DNA of 45,514 nucleotides from Thermovirgaceae bacterium. Its GTDB lineage: Bacteria > Synergistota > Synergistia > Synergistales > Thermovirgaceae. Below the pieces are notes generated by a model. It saw nothing but the letters and a program-made list of their open reading frames with translations, made no database searches and was not told the origin of the DNA. The DNA lies in NCBI GenBank assembly GCA_040767805.1, contig JAXGNU010000012.1, positions 1 to 45,514 on the forward strand, in the 5' to 3' direction. The translations under genes were made by a program, and so were the position numbers. Position 1 is the first letter of the stretch. Each line of letters opens with the position of its first letter. Below, one piece after another: positions 10,208-19,053 of the stretch.

Positions 10208-11722
10208 TCATGACCCCTTTGGCCCCTTTGTGGCCCCTTTGGTGCCGGAGGAGTCAGATGGCCCCTTTGTGGCCCCTTTCCGTACTTCGTATACTGTCCC
10301 TTTTCCTGTGGTCCCAACCATTTCCAAAACTCCCTTTTCCACAAGCTCAACCAGGTCGCGGTGGGCCGTGCGTTTTGCCACGCCAAAGAGTTTCTGATAT
10401 TCCGTATTGCCGATCCGTCCGGCACTCTTCAGGTGAATCAAAACCTGATGCTGGCGATAATTAATATCCAGACTCGTAATTACTTCATCCGTCAGCCAAT
10501 CCCGCCAGATCGTGGTCACGAACTGCCCGGCCCGTTCCTCGAAGTCCGGGGATGGAAGTCCCGCCTCGCCGCAGCGGTCGATCATATCCAGCGTGCCGCT
10601 GCCGGCTTTTTCGATGTAGCGGGCAAGGTATAAGGGCTCGGCGATCAGCGGATTGCGTGGGATGGAGGCGTGGGGTTCCCGCAAGCGCTCCGGTGTAAGA
10701 GAAGGCGGAAGCTCGCCGGGATTCCAGACTTCAAGCCGGTCGGTAAAGAGCATGACCTGCACGCTGGCGTTGCTGGTGTAGTCGCGATGGGCCACGGCGT
10801 TGACGATGGCCTCGGTAACAGCCTCCTTGGGAAGTTCGTAAGTGGCCGGGGCCTGCACGCTCTCTGCCCGGGTACCGATGTGCCGGTTGATTTTGGAAAG
10901 AACGAAATCTGCCGCCTGGTCCACCAGTTCAAAGGCCGTCCCCTTATAGATCTGGTAGGAAGGAATGGGCTTGCGGACGGTGGTACCGTGGAAGTGCATG
11001 CATTTGACTTCAGAAGTCGGCAAAAAGCGCTGCGGCGCCTTGCCGAACAACAGCACAGCCGCATGGGTGGGGCTGCCGTTGTCCAGCAGGTTGAGATGGG
11101 CCAGGGCCTTCTCCCTTGTGGTTTTCACTGGCAGGGGATAATTGCGTTCCCGCCTGGCAACTTCCAGAAAGGTTTGGATCTTTTCCTGTGGCAAATCGTT
11201 CAAGGTTGCTCGGGGGCAGGCCGAGGCATCAAACGGCAGGGTACGCAGGTCCCCGCTCTGTTCCATGTGCTCAACGAGGGCTGCATACAGTGCAGCGGTC
11301 AGATCATTTGAATCGGTAATGCGACGGCGGATGAGCTGGGAGTCGGCCTTGCGAATCAGTTTTGTCATTTTGGGATGACGCGCCTTGTCATCCGCTCCCT
11401 TGACAAAGATCAAGCGTGGTTTGCCTTTCTGGGTTGCAAGGTCGAACTCTCGCTCCGTGGGAGAGATGCCCTTGACATCTTCCGACCCGTATTCGTTACC
11501 GAAGAGACCAACGTATAAGTCGCAATTTTCGACCTCGTCCAGGTACACGTCATCCGTCCGGCGGTCGCTTGCCGGCAGGTCTTCAAAAAGGAAAACATCG
11601 AAGAAGCGCCTAAGCAGGGGATCGTTTTGCAGAAAGCTTTTGATGGCCCGTCGCTCAGCATTGAGTTCCTTTTGGACGCTGCTGACAAAAAGGGTTTTGC
11701 GGTTAGTCATCTTTTTCCTCAT
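10208..11722 (-). CDS. DUF4062 + putative ATP-binding (RecG C-terminal-like) + HTH protein
   Basis: LFVSSVQKEL..ER, YVGLFGNEYG, SPTEREF (DUF4062); EAIVNAVAHRDY, EVWNPG, PRNPLIA, IEKAGSG; C-terminal HTH TAHRDLVELV. Confidence 0.85.
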   Translation of the reverse strand: MRKKMTNRKTLFVSSVQKELNAERRAIKSFLQNDPLLRRFFDVFLFEDLPASDRRTDDVYLDEVENCDLYVGLFGNEYGSEDVKGISPTEREFDLATQKGKPRLIFVKGADDKARHPKMTKLIRKADSQLIRRRITDSNDLTAALYAALVEHMEQSGDLRTLPFDASACPRATLNDLPQEKIQTFLEVARRERNYPLPVKTTREKALAHLNLLDNGSPTHAAVLLFGKAPQRFLPTSEVKCMHFHGTTVRKPIPSYQIYKGTAFELVDQAADFVLSKINRHIGTRAESVQAPATYELPKEAVTEAIVNAVAHRDYTSNASVQVMLFTDRLEVWNPGELPPSLTPERLREPHASIPRNPLIAEPLYLARYIEKAGSGTLDMIDRCGEAGLPSPDFEERAGQFVTTIWRDWLTDEVITSLDINYRQHQVLIHLKSAGRIGNTEYQKLFGVAKRTAHRDLVELVEKGVLEMVGTTGKGTVYEVRKGATKGPSDSSGTKGATKGPKGS

Positions 11723-11724
11723 CC

Positions 11725-14700
11725 TTAATCCCTCTTGACATACGGTTGTTGTTCCTCCCTGACCCTCATCGGTTTCGTCATAGCGTTTATTTCAAGCCGG
11801 TAGTGGGCGACCTTGGTTACCTCCTGCCAGGGGAAGCGTGCTGGGTCTTTGATCGGTTCCTGCAGAATTGGACAGGTGGCGCAATTGGTAACAATATAGA
11901 GCCAGTAGCAATCCCGGCGGTCTTCAGCAACGCGCCTTTCGTTAGGCGTAAGAAGGATTGTGCCGGAAGCCGCGGATAGGCCCTTTACTTCTATGAGCCG
12001 CAACTCGCCAGAGCTCAGGTCTAGACTGGTTACATCGTAACCCAGGTTTTTTTCGTGAACATCGTAGACCTGGCGTCCCTGGGCTTTTTCGTGGTCAATT
12101 ACCACTCGCATGGCAATGGCCTCGGTCTCCAGGTTCGGACGCATGCCACGCACATCAGAAGCCTCTTGCTCGGGGTGCGGAAGGACAAGGACACTCGCTA
12201 TCCGTTCCACGGACTGCAGGGATAACGACCGCTGTTGCTCCAGTTCCTGTCTTCGCCGTTCCCGTCGGGCCCGGAGTTCTTCGTGACGGTTTTCGGCTTG
12301 GGCCAGACGGCCATCCGCGCCGGCAATGCCCATCTCCTTATCTACATGGGCTTTCCCTATTTCTTCATCCGCACGCTGAAGCAACTCGGTCAAGGAGAGA
12401 TCCACATGATCGGCAATGCGTTGTACCTCCTCCAGGCGCTCTTTCCGTGTTTCCTCAAGGAACGGCTGGAGCGCAATCCTATGTAACCACTCAGATTGCT
12501 CGGGTTCGGCAGCGATAGCGGGTAACGGTTCAGGAGGTTCCGCGGGCGAAAAGTTACCTAGCATGTTAGGTTCACGAAGCCTCGGCCCATCTTCGCTGAT
12601 AAGCTCTACTGCAAAAAGACGCTCGTGAATGATTTGGCCGAGACCGTCTACTACACGGGCTCGATAAAAATCGATACGGGAAGGTTTTTCGTGTTGCAGG
12701 GAATAGAAGCACGATCCCTTTCCGAATACTTCAGCCGCTTTGTTATGGACATGCCTGCGGAGGGCTTCGAAGAGCGGATGACCGGGGGTGACCCATTCAA
12801 GGTTATGGGTTTCAGCAGCTTCGCGATCGGTAGAGCAGCGTGGGTACTTCGACGCGAGACGGGGAAGCTTCCAGTCCGGTTCGCGTTCGTAACGCTGAAG
12901 CGCAGGCGGTGTCCGGGCAGGCTCGAAGGTATGGGCCATACCCTCTATGATCCTTAACTGGAGCGGAACGTATTCTGATGCCTCGTGAATAAAACGGGCG
13001 ATCGTTTCCGGTACGACGCGGCGTTCCTGAGCCTGGGCCCGGCGTTCGATCAGCATCTCCAGGTTCAGTTTTTTGGAAGCGAGGCCTTCGAGCGCGTTTT
13101 GGCATATTGCCTTAAAACGTTCAACATCAACATTTCCAAGGAGCCGTTCTTCAAGATCGGCATCGCCAAGTTTGCCAGAGTAGTAGTCTCGCAATACACG
13201 CTCCACGTGTGCGGACGGGAGTATTTCCCCGACAACATTAAAGACCGCGTCATCATCCAGTGCGTCGCGAATTTCCTGGAGTTTTTCCAATAGCCGTTGA
13301 AGAACCCGACCTTCAATGGTGTTTGTGGCCACGAAGTTAAAAATGAGGCAGTCCTTCCGCTGGCCATAACGGTGGATGCGACCCATTCGCTGTTCAAGGC
13401 GATTCGGGTTCCATGGGATGTCGTAATTAAAAAGGATATTACAAACCTGTAGGTTAATGCCTTCCCCGGCCGCCTCGGTAGCAACAAGAATCTGGATTGC
13501 GCCTTCACGGAATTGCTGCTCCGAGTAAAGACGTGTGCCCTCCTCGTCGCGGGAGCCCGGTTTCATACTGCCGTGGATGCAGCCTACTTTGAAGCCCCAT
13601 TCCTTCAGGTTTCGGACAAGATAGTCAAGGGTATCCTTAAACTCAGTAAAGAGCAGCAACCGCTGTTCAGGATGGTCAAAGAACCCCTCCTGATGAAGCA
13701 GATTCTTCAGTTTTGACAGTTTTGCCTCCGTTCCTGAGCCTTCAACGGCCTGGGCTTGTTTGGCAAGTTCACAGAGTTCCTCTATCTCCTCGCGGATCTG
13801 CTCAGCGTTTCCTGCAAGCGTTATGGCTTCAAGCAACTCTTCCAGCCGTTCACGCTCATTTTCCTCCATCTCCTCGATCTCTTCCGGATCGGGAAGGTCG
13901 GGTGGAGCCTGTCGGGCCAATGCCTGGGCTTTTTTGATATTATCTTCCAGCTTGCGCGCCCGGTTTTCCAAGCTGCGCCGCATGGCGTAGGTGCTGGAGG
14001 CCAGCCTGCGCTGATACAGGGACATCAAAAAACCAACAGCCCGGGCGCGGGGATCATCACCCTGTGCCGCGGCTTTCGCACTCTGACGTTTAACGAAACG
14101 GGTAATATTTCTGTAAAGATCAAACTCCTCGCCATCGATCTGAAAATCAACGGTGTGAGGGATCCGTTTTGTGAAGATCTTCTCTGCAACCCAGGTTCCG
14201 TTTTCCTGCCGTTCGGGGAAATAGACCATCGCTTCTTTGGTGCGACGAAGATAAAACGGAGCGCGACGACGTTCCATGGCCTCACGGATGGAGCGGACAT
14301 CGGCATAGGCATCCGAATCGAGCAATTGCAGGAACAGGGAAAAATTGGCCGGATCACCTTTATGCGGTGTTGCTGTCAGCAAAAGAATGTTGTCAGAAGT
14401 GTCTCGCAAGAGTTCCCCGAGGGCGTAACGGGCTGTTTTGCGTGCAGGGGGGGTCCAGGACATACGGTGGGCTTCGTCTACGATGATGAGGTCCCAGTGT
14501 GCCTGTTTCAATCCCGGCAAAATTTCTGTCCGCTTGGCAAGGTCAAGCGAAGTGATGACCTTTTTCTGTTCTAGCCATTGGTTGACACCGAACTGTTCAC
14601 GAATGTCCCCGCCTTTCAGGACAAGGAATCTCTCATCAAACTTTTCTTTCAATTCCCTCTGCCACTGGAACGAGAGGTTGGCAGGGCAGGCGATCAGAAT

Positions 14701-15162
14701 CCTCTCCGCAAGTCCGCGCAGTTGGAGCTCGCGGATGAGGAGCCCCGCCATGATGGTTTTTCCGGCTCCGGCATCGTCAGCAAGGAGGAAACGGACACGC
14801 CCTAGTTTCAGAAGGTAGTCGTAAATGGCCTCGAGCTGATGAGGCAGCGGGTCGACTCTTGAAATTGAAAGCCCGAAATAGGGGTCGAATTCCCAGGCGA
14901 TGCCGAGCGAATATGCTTGGAGGCCCAAACGAAGGAGGTGACCATCTCCATCAAAAGTGAAACCGGAGTCAAGAATGGTTAGCTTCTCAATGTCATGATC
15001 TGAAAGCGTAACCCTTCGGAACAGTTCGGTACGCGTGCCAACAAGACCGACAGTCCAAGTTCCGTCATTGCTTTTGTTAGCAGTTTCAACACGCATGGGC
15101 TCGTTGAAGAGCGAGCCAGATAGGATACATCCTTCACGTATCGAATCGCATGAGGCCGTCAT
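11725..15162 (-). CDS. SNF2-family helicase with C-terminal DUF3883 PD-(D/E)XK nuclease domain
   Basis: LLADDAGAGKT, DEAH, LTATPH, EAAGEGINLQ, QRMGRIHRYGQ; C-terminal GYDVTS..RLIEVKG; ATG at 15162 preferred over GTG at 15210. Confidence 0.92.
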   Translation of the reverse strand: MTASCDSIREGCILSGSLFNEPMRVETANKSNDGTWTVGLVGTRTELFRRVTLSDHDIEKLTILDSGFTFDGDGHLLRLGLQAYSLGIAWEFDPYFGLSISRVDPLPHQLEAIYDYLLKLGRVRFLLADDAGAGKTIMAGLLIRELQLRGLAERILIACPANLSFQWQRELKEKFDERFLVLKGGDIREQFGVNQWLEQKKVITSLDLAKRTEILPGLKQAHWDLIIVDEAHRMSWTPPARKTARYALGELLRDTSDNILLLTATPHKGDPANFSLFLQLLDSDAYADVRSIREAMERRRAPFYLRRTKEAMVYFPERQENGTWVAEKIFTKRIPHTVDFQIDGEEFDLYRNITRFVKRQSAKAAAQGDDPRARAVGFLMSLYQRRLASSTYAMRRSLENRARKLEDNIKKAQALARQAPPDLPDPEEIEEMEENERERLEELLEAITLAGNAEQIREEIEELCELAKQAQAVEGSGTEAKLSKLKNLLHQEGFFDHPEQRLLLFTEFKDTLDYLVRNLKEWGFKVGCIHGSMKPGSRDEEGTRLYSEQQFREGAIQILVATEAAGEGINLQVCNILFNYDIPWNPNRLEQRMGRIHRYGQRKDCLIFNFVATNTIEGRVLQRLLEKLQEIRDALDDDAVFNVVGEILPSAHVERVLRDYYSGKLGDADLEERLLGNVDVERFKAICQNALEGLASKKLNLEMLIERRAQAQERRVVPETIARFIHEASEYVPLQLRIIEGMAHTFEPARTPPALQRYEREPDWKLPRLASKYPRCSTDREAAETHNLEWVTPGHPLFEALRRHVHNKAAEVFGKGSCFYSLQHEKPSRIDFYRARVVDGLGQIIHERLFAVELISEDGPRLREPNMLGNFSPAEPPEPLPAIAAEPEQSEWLHRIALQPFLEETRKERLEEVQRIADHVDLSLTELLQRADEEIGKAHVDKEMGIAGADGRLAQAENRHEELRARRERRRQELEQQRSLSLQSVERIASVLVLPHPEQEASDVRGMRPNLETEAIAMRVVIDHEKAQGRQVYDVHEKNLGYDVTSLDLSSGELRLIEVKGLSAASGTILLTPNERRVAEDRRDCYWLYIVTNCATCPILQEPIKDPARFPWQEVTKVAHYRLEINAMTKPMRVREEQQPYVKRD

Positions 15163-15206
15163 TTCTTGTCTACCTTGTTGCAATACTAAACAAAGTAACC
15201 ATGCCC

Positions 15207-15371
15207 TCACCCTGCCTTCGCCTACTCGACCACTTCATCCTTGCGGAATTTCCCAAGGCGACCTACCCGGTGGGCAGGCATCCGCTTTTCAGAGATCCGT
15301 TTAAAGACCGTTTCCCTCTTGATCCCGAGATAGGCCACAACTTCGTCCACAGATAGCCATCAGTCTTCCAT
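15207..15371 (-). pseudogene. Excisionase-like HTH_17 regulator (Mad1-like) with two internal stops
   Basis: MED*WLSVDEVVAYLGIKRETVFKRISEKRMPAHRVGRLGKFRKDEVVE*AKAG*. Confidence 0.8.
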
Positions 15372-15503
15372 CACTGACGCCGGGCGCTTGCCTTCTCGCC
15401 CCATGTCTGGATGAGCAAATCTTGTAATTTATCAGATCACCAATCGCCTGAGGAGTCATTCGGGCCCCATACTGCCTAGTTTAGTTTAATTAATTTTCTC
15501 TGT

Positions 15504-15512
15504 ATTATATCA
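15504..15512 (-). promoter_or_regulatory. Extended -10 promoter candidate for the helicase operon
   Basis: Minus strand TG-A-TATAAT followed by AT-rich sequence. Confidence 0.45.
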
Positions 15513-15594
15513 AAAGGAGTGCTTTAACAAAAGGGAGGTGGAGAAGTCCACGCGAGGGAGGGGTTCTGGAAGAAGTATGTAAGGGGTGAGGGTG

Positions 15595-15785
15595 CCGACT
15601 TGGCCAAAGGGGCCACTTGCCACACATTCCGTCATTCCTTTGCCACGCAACTCCTGGAATCGGGCTACGGCATCAGGACAGTTCAGGAACTTCTCCGCCA
15701 CAAGGGCGTCAAGGCTACGACGATTTACACCCATGTCCTGAACCGGAGCGGCAAGGGCGTCAAAAGTCCGATGGACAATTTGTAG
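15595..15785 (+). pseudogene. intI: Integron integrase 3' remnant, copy 1
   Basis: [55 protein letters not shown] is the IntI-type C-terminus; no upstream coding portion. Confidence 0.9.
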
Positions 15786-15953
15786 AGGAGGAGCGAAGGT
15801 GTCTTATATAGAAACCATAATCTCCCTGTGTTCAGTGTAGAAAATGGCCTGATCTTCTGTAAATGCAGATTTTATGAGAGAATTGCGGGCGAAGTGTTAT
15901 ACCGCGATGTCGCGACCCAAAGGTGTTGTGGAGAAACCATATAAACATTGTTA
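15624..15953 (+). repeat. 330-bp direct repeat copy 1 (intI 3' end + attI region)
   Basis: Gapless match to 17740-18069 (offset 2116); about 30 mismatches by manual count. Confidence 0.95.
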
Positions 15954-15956
15954 GGC
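15890..15956 (+). other. attI-like site 1 (crossover G|TT at 15950/15951)
   Basis: CATATAA-ACATT-GTTAGGC mirrors the attI1 L-spacer-R layout; GTTAGGC is the exact complement of R'' GCCTAAC of the first attC. Confidence 0.75.
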
Positions 15957-15977
15957 GTTACAACACGGGGAAGTGAC

Positions 15978-16454
15978 ATGGCATTGATACAATGTTTCGA
16001 ATGCGGACGAGAAATTTCTGATAAGACAGCAGTTTGTCCTGGTTGTGGTGCGCCGGTTTCGTCGTCTACGCATAATCAAGCGCAGGCCACGCAGCCGCCA
16101 GTTCGCGTCAGCTACGACCCCAATTCAGATACTTTTACTGACACCATGACTAGGGTGGTCAAATTGGCAATGCGTGCAATCCAGCAATTAGGCTGGAAAA
16201 TTGATGACGCAAACGGCAATCTTGGTCTTGTGACCTTCCAGACAGGAATTGGCTGGGGTTCATGGAGTGGAATTTCTGGTTCACTCAATATTGAAGAGCT
16301 TGAGGCTGGTCGTTTTAAGATCACCGGATCTGGCAAACAAAACGTCCGGGGCGGTCAGCTTATTACGTTAAACATTGGTGGTGAAGCGCAAAGTAAAGCG
16401 CGCAAGGCTATAAAACTTTTGAAACAGCTTGCAATCCAAGACGGTAACGCCTAA
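15978..16454 (+). CDS. Cassette 1: zinc-ribbon domain protein
   Basis: MALIQCFECGREISDKTAVCPGCGAP; TAA stop lies inside attC R''. Confidence 0.85.
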   Translation: MALIQCFECGREISDKTAVCPGCGAPVSSSTHNQAQATQPPVRVSYDPNSDTFTDTMTRVVKLAMRAIQQLGWKIDDANGNLGLVTFQTGIGWGSWSGISGSLNIEELEAGRFKITGSGKQNVRGGQLITLNIGGEAQSKARKAIKLLKQLAIQDGNA

Positions 16455-16508
16455 CAATTCATTTAACCCGACGCCGCTTCGCGGCGCGGCTTAACTCAGG
16501 TGTTAGTC
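16449..16508 (+). other. attC site (60 bp, aadA/aadB-like)
   Basis: GCCTAAC..TTTAACCCGACGCCGC TTC GCGGCGCGGCTTAA..GTTAGTC. Confidence 0.95.
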
Positions 16509-16515
16509 TCGGAGG

Positions 16516-17133
16516 ATGCAAATGAATCTACTCGCAGTCGTGGGAAGCCCGAGGAAGGGCAAGGCAACGGACCTTTTGGTAGATAGCGCAATCGAAGGCG
16601 CAAGAGAGGCGAACCCAAGCTGTAACGTCAAGAAGCTGCACCTGATTGACTACGACATCCAGTTCTGCCGGAACTGCCTGGCATGCAGGGATAGCCCGAC
16701 GGATGCAGACGTAGCCCCATGCTCGATAGATGACGACATGAAGATGATTGCAGAAGATGTGCTGAATTCTGACGCCCTCATCTTCGGCACGCCTGTGCAC
16801 ATGGGTTACGCCACAGGTATCTTGACGACGTTCTTGGAACGGATTTGCTGGACCTTCGCAAAGCCGGAAGGGAAGGTGCTCACCATCGCCGGCTGCCCCG
16901 TGCCAAGATCGGGCAAGAAGCGCAGGGCGGTGATCATTGTGGTATCAGGCTCGGTGCCGCCCATTCTCAGGCGTTTCTGCGATGCGGCGACCCCGCTAAT
17001 CAAAGACACGATTGCCAATTCACTCAACGCAAAGACTGTCGGCACCATGTATGCCGGTGCCGTGGAGCACAGAGGAGTGGAGCGTTACCTCTACAGGGCG
17101 AAGGAGCTAGGGAAAAGACTAACAACGAACTGA
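16516..17133 (+). CDS. Cassette 2: flavodoxin family / NADPH-dependent FMN reductase (iron-sulfur flavoprotein-like)
   Basis: GSPRKGKAT, CRNCLAC..C, DDM, GTPVHMG; R'' GACTAAC at 17117-17123 complements the upstream GTTAGTC. Confidence 0.88.
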   Translation: MQMNLLAVVGSPRKGKATDLLVDSAIEGAREANPSCNVKKLHLIDYDIQFCRNCLACRDSPTDADVAPCSIDDDMKMIAEDVLNSDALIFGTPVHMGYATGILTTFLERICWTFAKPEGKVLTIAGCPVPRSGKKRRAVIIVVSGSVPPILRRFCDAATPLIKDTIANSLNAKTVGTMYAGAVEHRGVERYLYRAKELGKRLTTN

Positions 17134-17542
17134 TTGGAAAAACTGGACTCTTAGTGGCAAGGTTATCTTTGTCGCCGCATGCGCAGCAACGGCATCCATG
17201 CTCATGAAATGGGTTGATGTTGGAATTGCATCGCAATCTGGGTTATCCCAAGAAGCTTTCTTGTTTCTAGGTTTTTGGGTCTATCCAGTTCTCATGCTTT
17301 TCAAGAACAAAGAAATTCGCAAACATTAGGGGCTAGTGTGTTCTATCGCCTCAGTTGTCTTCGCACTAGTATACATTTCATCAAAATCGATTGATCTTTT
17401 TGGCGAGAGCGTCAACGCAGCAGCGACTAGCGCATACCTGTTCCTGCTCGCCTCAATTGCGCTTATTGTCGGAATCGTAAAATACAAACCCGTTATTCGT
17501 AGCGTCGATAATGCTGAACAAGGCTCTGCAGCGGACGGCTAA
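17132..17542 (+). pseudogene. Cassette 3: 5'-truncated membrane protein with internal TAG (17327-17329)
   Basis: One frame reads DWKNWTLSGKVIFVAACAATASMLMKWVDVGIASQSGLSQEAFLFLGFWVYPVLMLFKNKEIRKH*GLVCSIASVVF...; ends in an attC. Confidence 0.7.
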
Positions 17543-17569
17543 ACGCCGCCGCTGAGCTGAACGTTTTGT
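17513..17569 (+). other. attC site (57 bp)
   Basis: GCTGAAC..CT(G)CAGCGG(A)CGGC TAAAC GCCGCCGCTGAG..GTTTTGT; stem with two unpaired positions. Confidence 0.85.
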
Positions 17570-17595
17570 CACTGAATCAAAATGAGCCATGAAAG

Positions 17596-17676
17596 ATGGA
17601 TGCCTCGACAACTATTAGAAAGATGATGGCTGGTAACAAAATTGTCCTGCCTGCATATCAGCGTGCTTATTCGTAA
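17596..17676 (+). pseudogene. Cassette 4 stub: N-terminus of a DUF262 (GmrSD-like) protein
   Basis: MDASTTIRKMMAGNKIVLPAYQRAYS* contains the PxYQRxYxW motif, stopped where W is expected. Confidence 0.7.
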
Positions 17677-17739
17677 ATTTGGGGACGGACTTCGGAAAGT
17701 CATTGAAAACAAATTAGGGACAGGCTTCGGAAAAATAAT

Positions 17740-17901
17740 ACATTCCGTCATTCCTTCGCCACGCAACTCCTGGGATCGGGCTACGACATCAGGACAGTTC
17801 AGGAACTTCTCCGTCACAAGGACGTCAAGAATACGATGATTTACACCCATGTCCTGAACCAAGGCGGCAAGGGCGTCAAAAGTCCGATGGAGGATTTGTA
17901 G
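17740..17901 (+). pseudogene. intI: Integron integrase 3' remnant, copy 2
   Basis: [53 protein letters not shown]. Confidence 0.9.
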
Positions 17902-18069
17902 AGGAGGAGCAAAGGTGTCTAATATAGAAACTATTATTCCCCTGTGTTCAGCGTAAAACATGGCCTGATCTTCTGTAAATGCAGATGTTATGAGAGGATT
18001 GCAGGCGAGGTGTTATACCGCGATGTCGCGACACAAAGGTGTTATGAAGAGACCATATAAACATTGTTA
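17740..18069 (+). repeat. 330-bp direct repeat copy 2 (intI 3' end + attI region)
   Basis: Matches 15624-15953; similarity ends at the GTT crossover. Confidence 0.95.
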
Positions 18070-18072
18070 TGC
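17986..18072 (+). other. attI-like site 2 (crossover G|TT at 18066/18067) with upstream direct repeats
   Basis: CATATAA-ACATT-GTTATGC; TGTTAT repeats with G at 17987, 18012, 18041 and 18066. Confidence 0.78.
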
Positions 18073-18096
18073 GCTCGACAATGAGGTAACTGGCAT

Positions 18097-19053
18097 ATGA
18101 AAGAGCTGAGCAAACTGAAGCGGTTGAATCTTCGCGAAGCCTGGCCGAAGGAAGCCAGTGATTTCACACCGTGGTTAGCGGACAACATTGAGGAGCTGGG
18201 TGCCGCGCTCGGAATGGATTTAGAACTTGAGGCAAGGGAGGCAAGCGTCGGCGACTTCTCGCTTGATCTCCTCGCCAAGGATCTTGGAAGCAGCAGAACG
18301 GTAGTTATTGAGAACCAACTCACGCAAACAGATCATGATCACCTTGGAAAATTACTGACCTATGCGGCTGGGTTTGGGGCGTCAGTAGTTATCTGGGTTG
18401 CGGAGACTATCCGCGAGGAACACCGTCAAGCGCTTGAGTGGCTGAACCAACGAACCGACACAGATACAGAATTCTATGGTGTCGTGGTGGAACTCTTGCA
18501 GATTGACGATTCAAGGCCTGCATATGACTTCAAGCCCGTCGTATTCCCGAACGAATGGCAAAAAACCAAGAGAAGCCAAACTACTGGCCGTGTCTCAATA
18601 AAGGGTGAGGCGTACAGGCAGTACTATCAACGCCTGATCGACGAACTCCGAGAAAAACATAAATTCACTGGCGCGCGAATCGCGCAGCCTCAGAGTTGGT
18701 ATGCGTTCTCTGCTGGCACGTCGGGCGTTGCGTTCAGCGCCGTGTTTGCTGGCGATGGCACGGTGCGTGTAGAACTTTACATCGATCTTGGAACCTTCGA
18801 AGCAAACAAGGCCCTTTTTGATTGGCTGCAAAACCAAAAGGACAGCATCGAGAAGCAATTAGGTTACTCAATGCAATGGGAACGTCTTGACGGCAGGCGC
18901 GCATCGCGAATTTATGTAAGCCGAAGCGGAAGCATCGAGAGCATCGCGGAGGAACTGGAGCAACTACGAAAGTGGCAAATCGAGAAGCTATTGCACTTCA
19001 AAAGGGTGTTTGCTCCTCTCGTAAAGATTGGCGTAAAGGAAACGAGCACATAA
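18097..19053 (+). CDS. Cassette 5: NucS-like PD-(D/E)XK nuclease fused to DUF4268
   Basis: EASDFTPWL, DLLAKD..VVIENQL..TDHDHLGKLLTYA; C-terminal QSWYAFSAG, WERLDGRRASRI; TAA inside attC R''. Confidence 0.88.
   Translation: MKELSKLKRLNLREAWPKEASDFTPWLADNIEELGAALGMDLELEAREASVGDFSLDLLAKDLGSSRTVVIENQLTQTDHDHLGKLLTYAAGFGASVVIWVAETIREEHRQALEWLNQRTDTDTEFYGVVVELLQIDDSRPAYDFKPVVFPNEWQKTKRSQTTGRVSIKGEAYRQYYQRLIDELREKHKFTGARIAQPQSWYAFSAGTSGVAFSAVFAGDGTVRVELYIDLGTFEANKALFDWLQNQKDSIEKQLGYSMQWERLDGRRASRIYVSRSGSIESIAEELEQLRKWQIEKLLHFKRVFAPLVKIGVKETST

Noticed and set aside
412..15162. Canonical BREX
   Set aside because: No PglZ, BrxA, BrxB or BrxL recognisable in the window
15595..17901. Functional integron integrase
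   Set aside because: Both copies have only the last ~55-63 codons and lack the N-terminal and first catalytic regions
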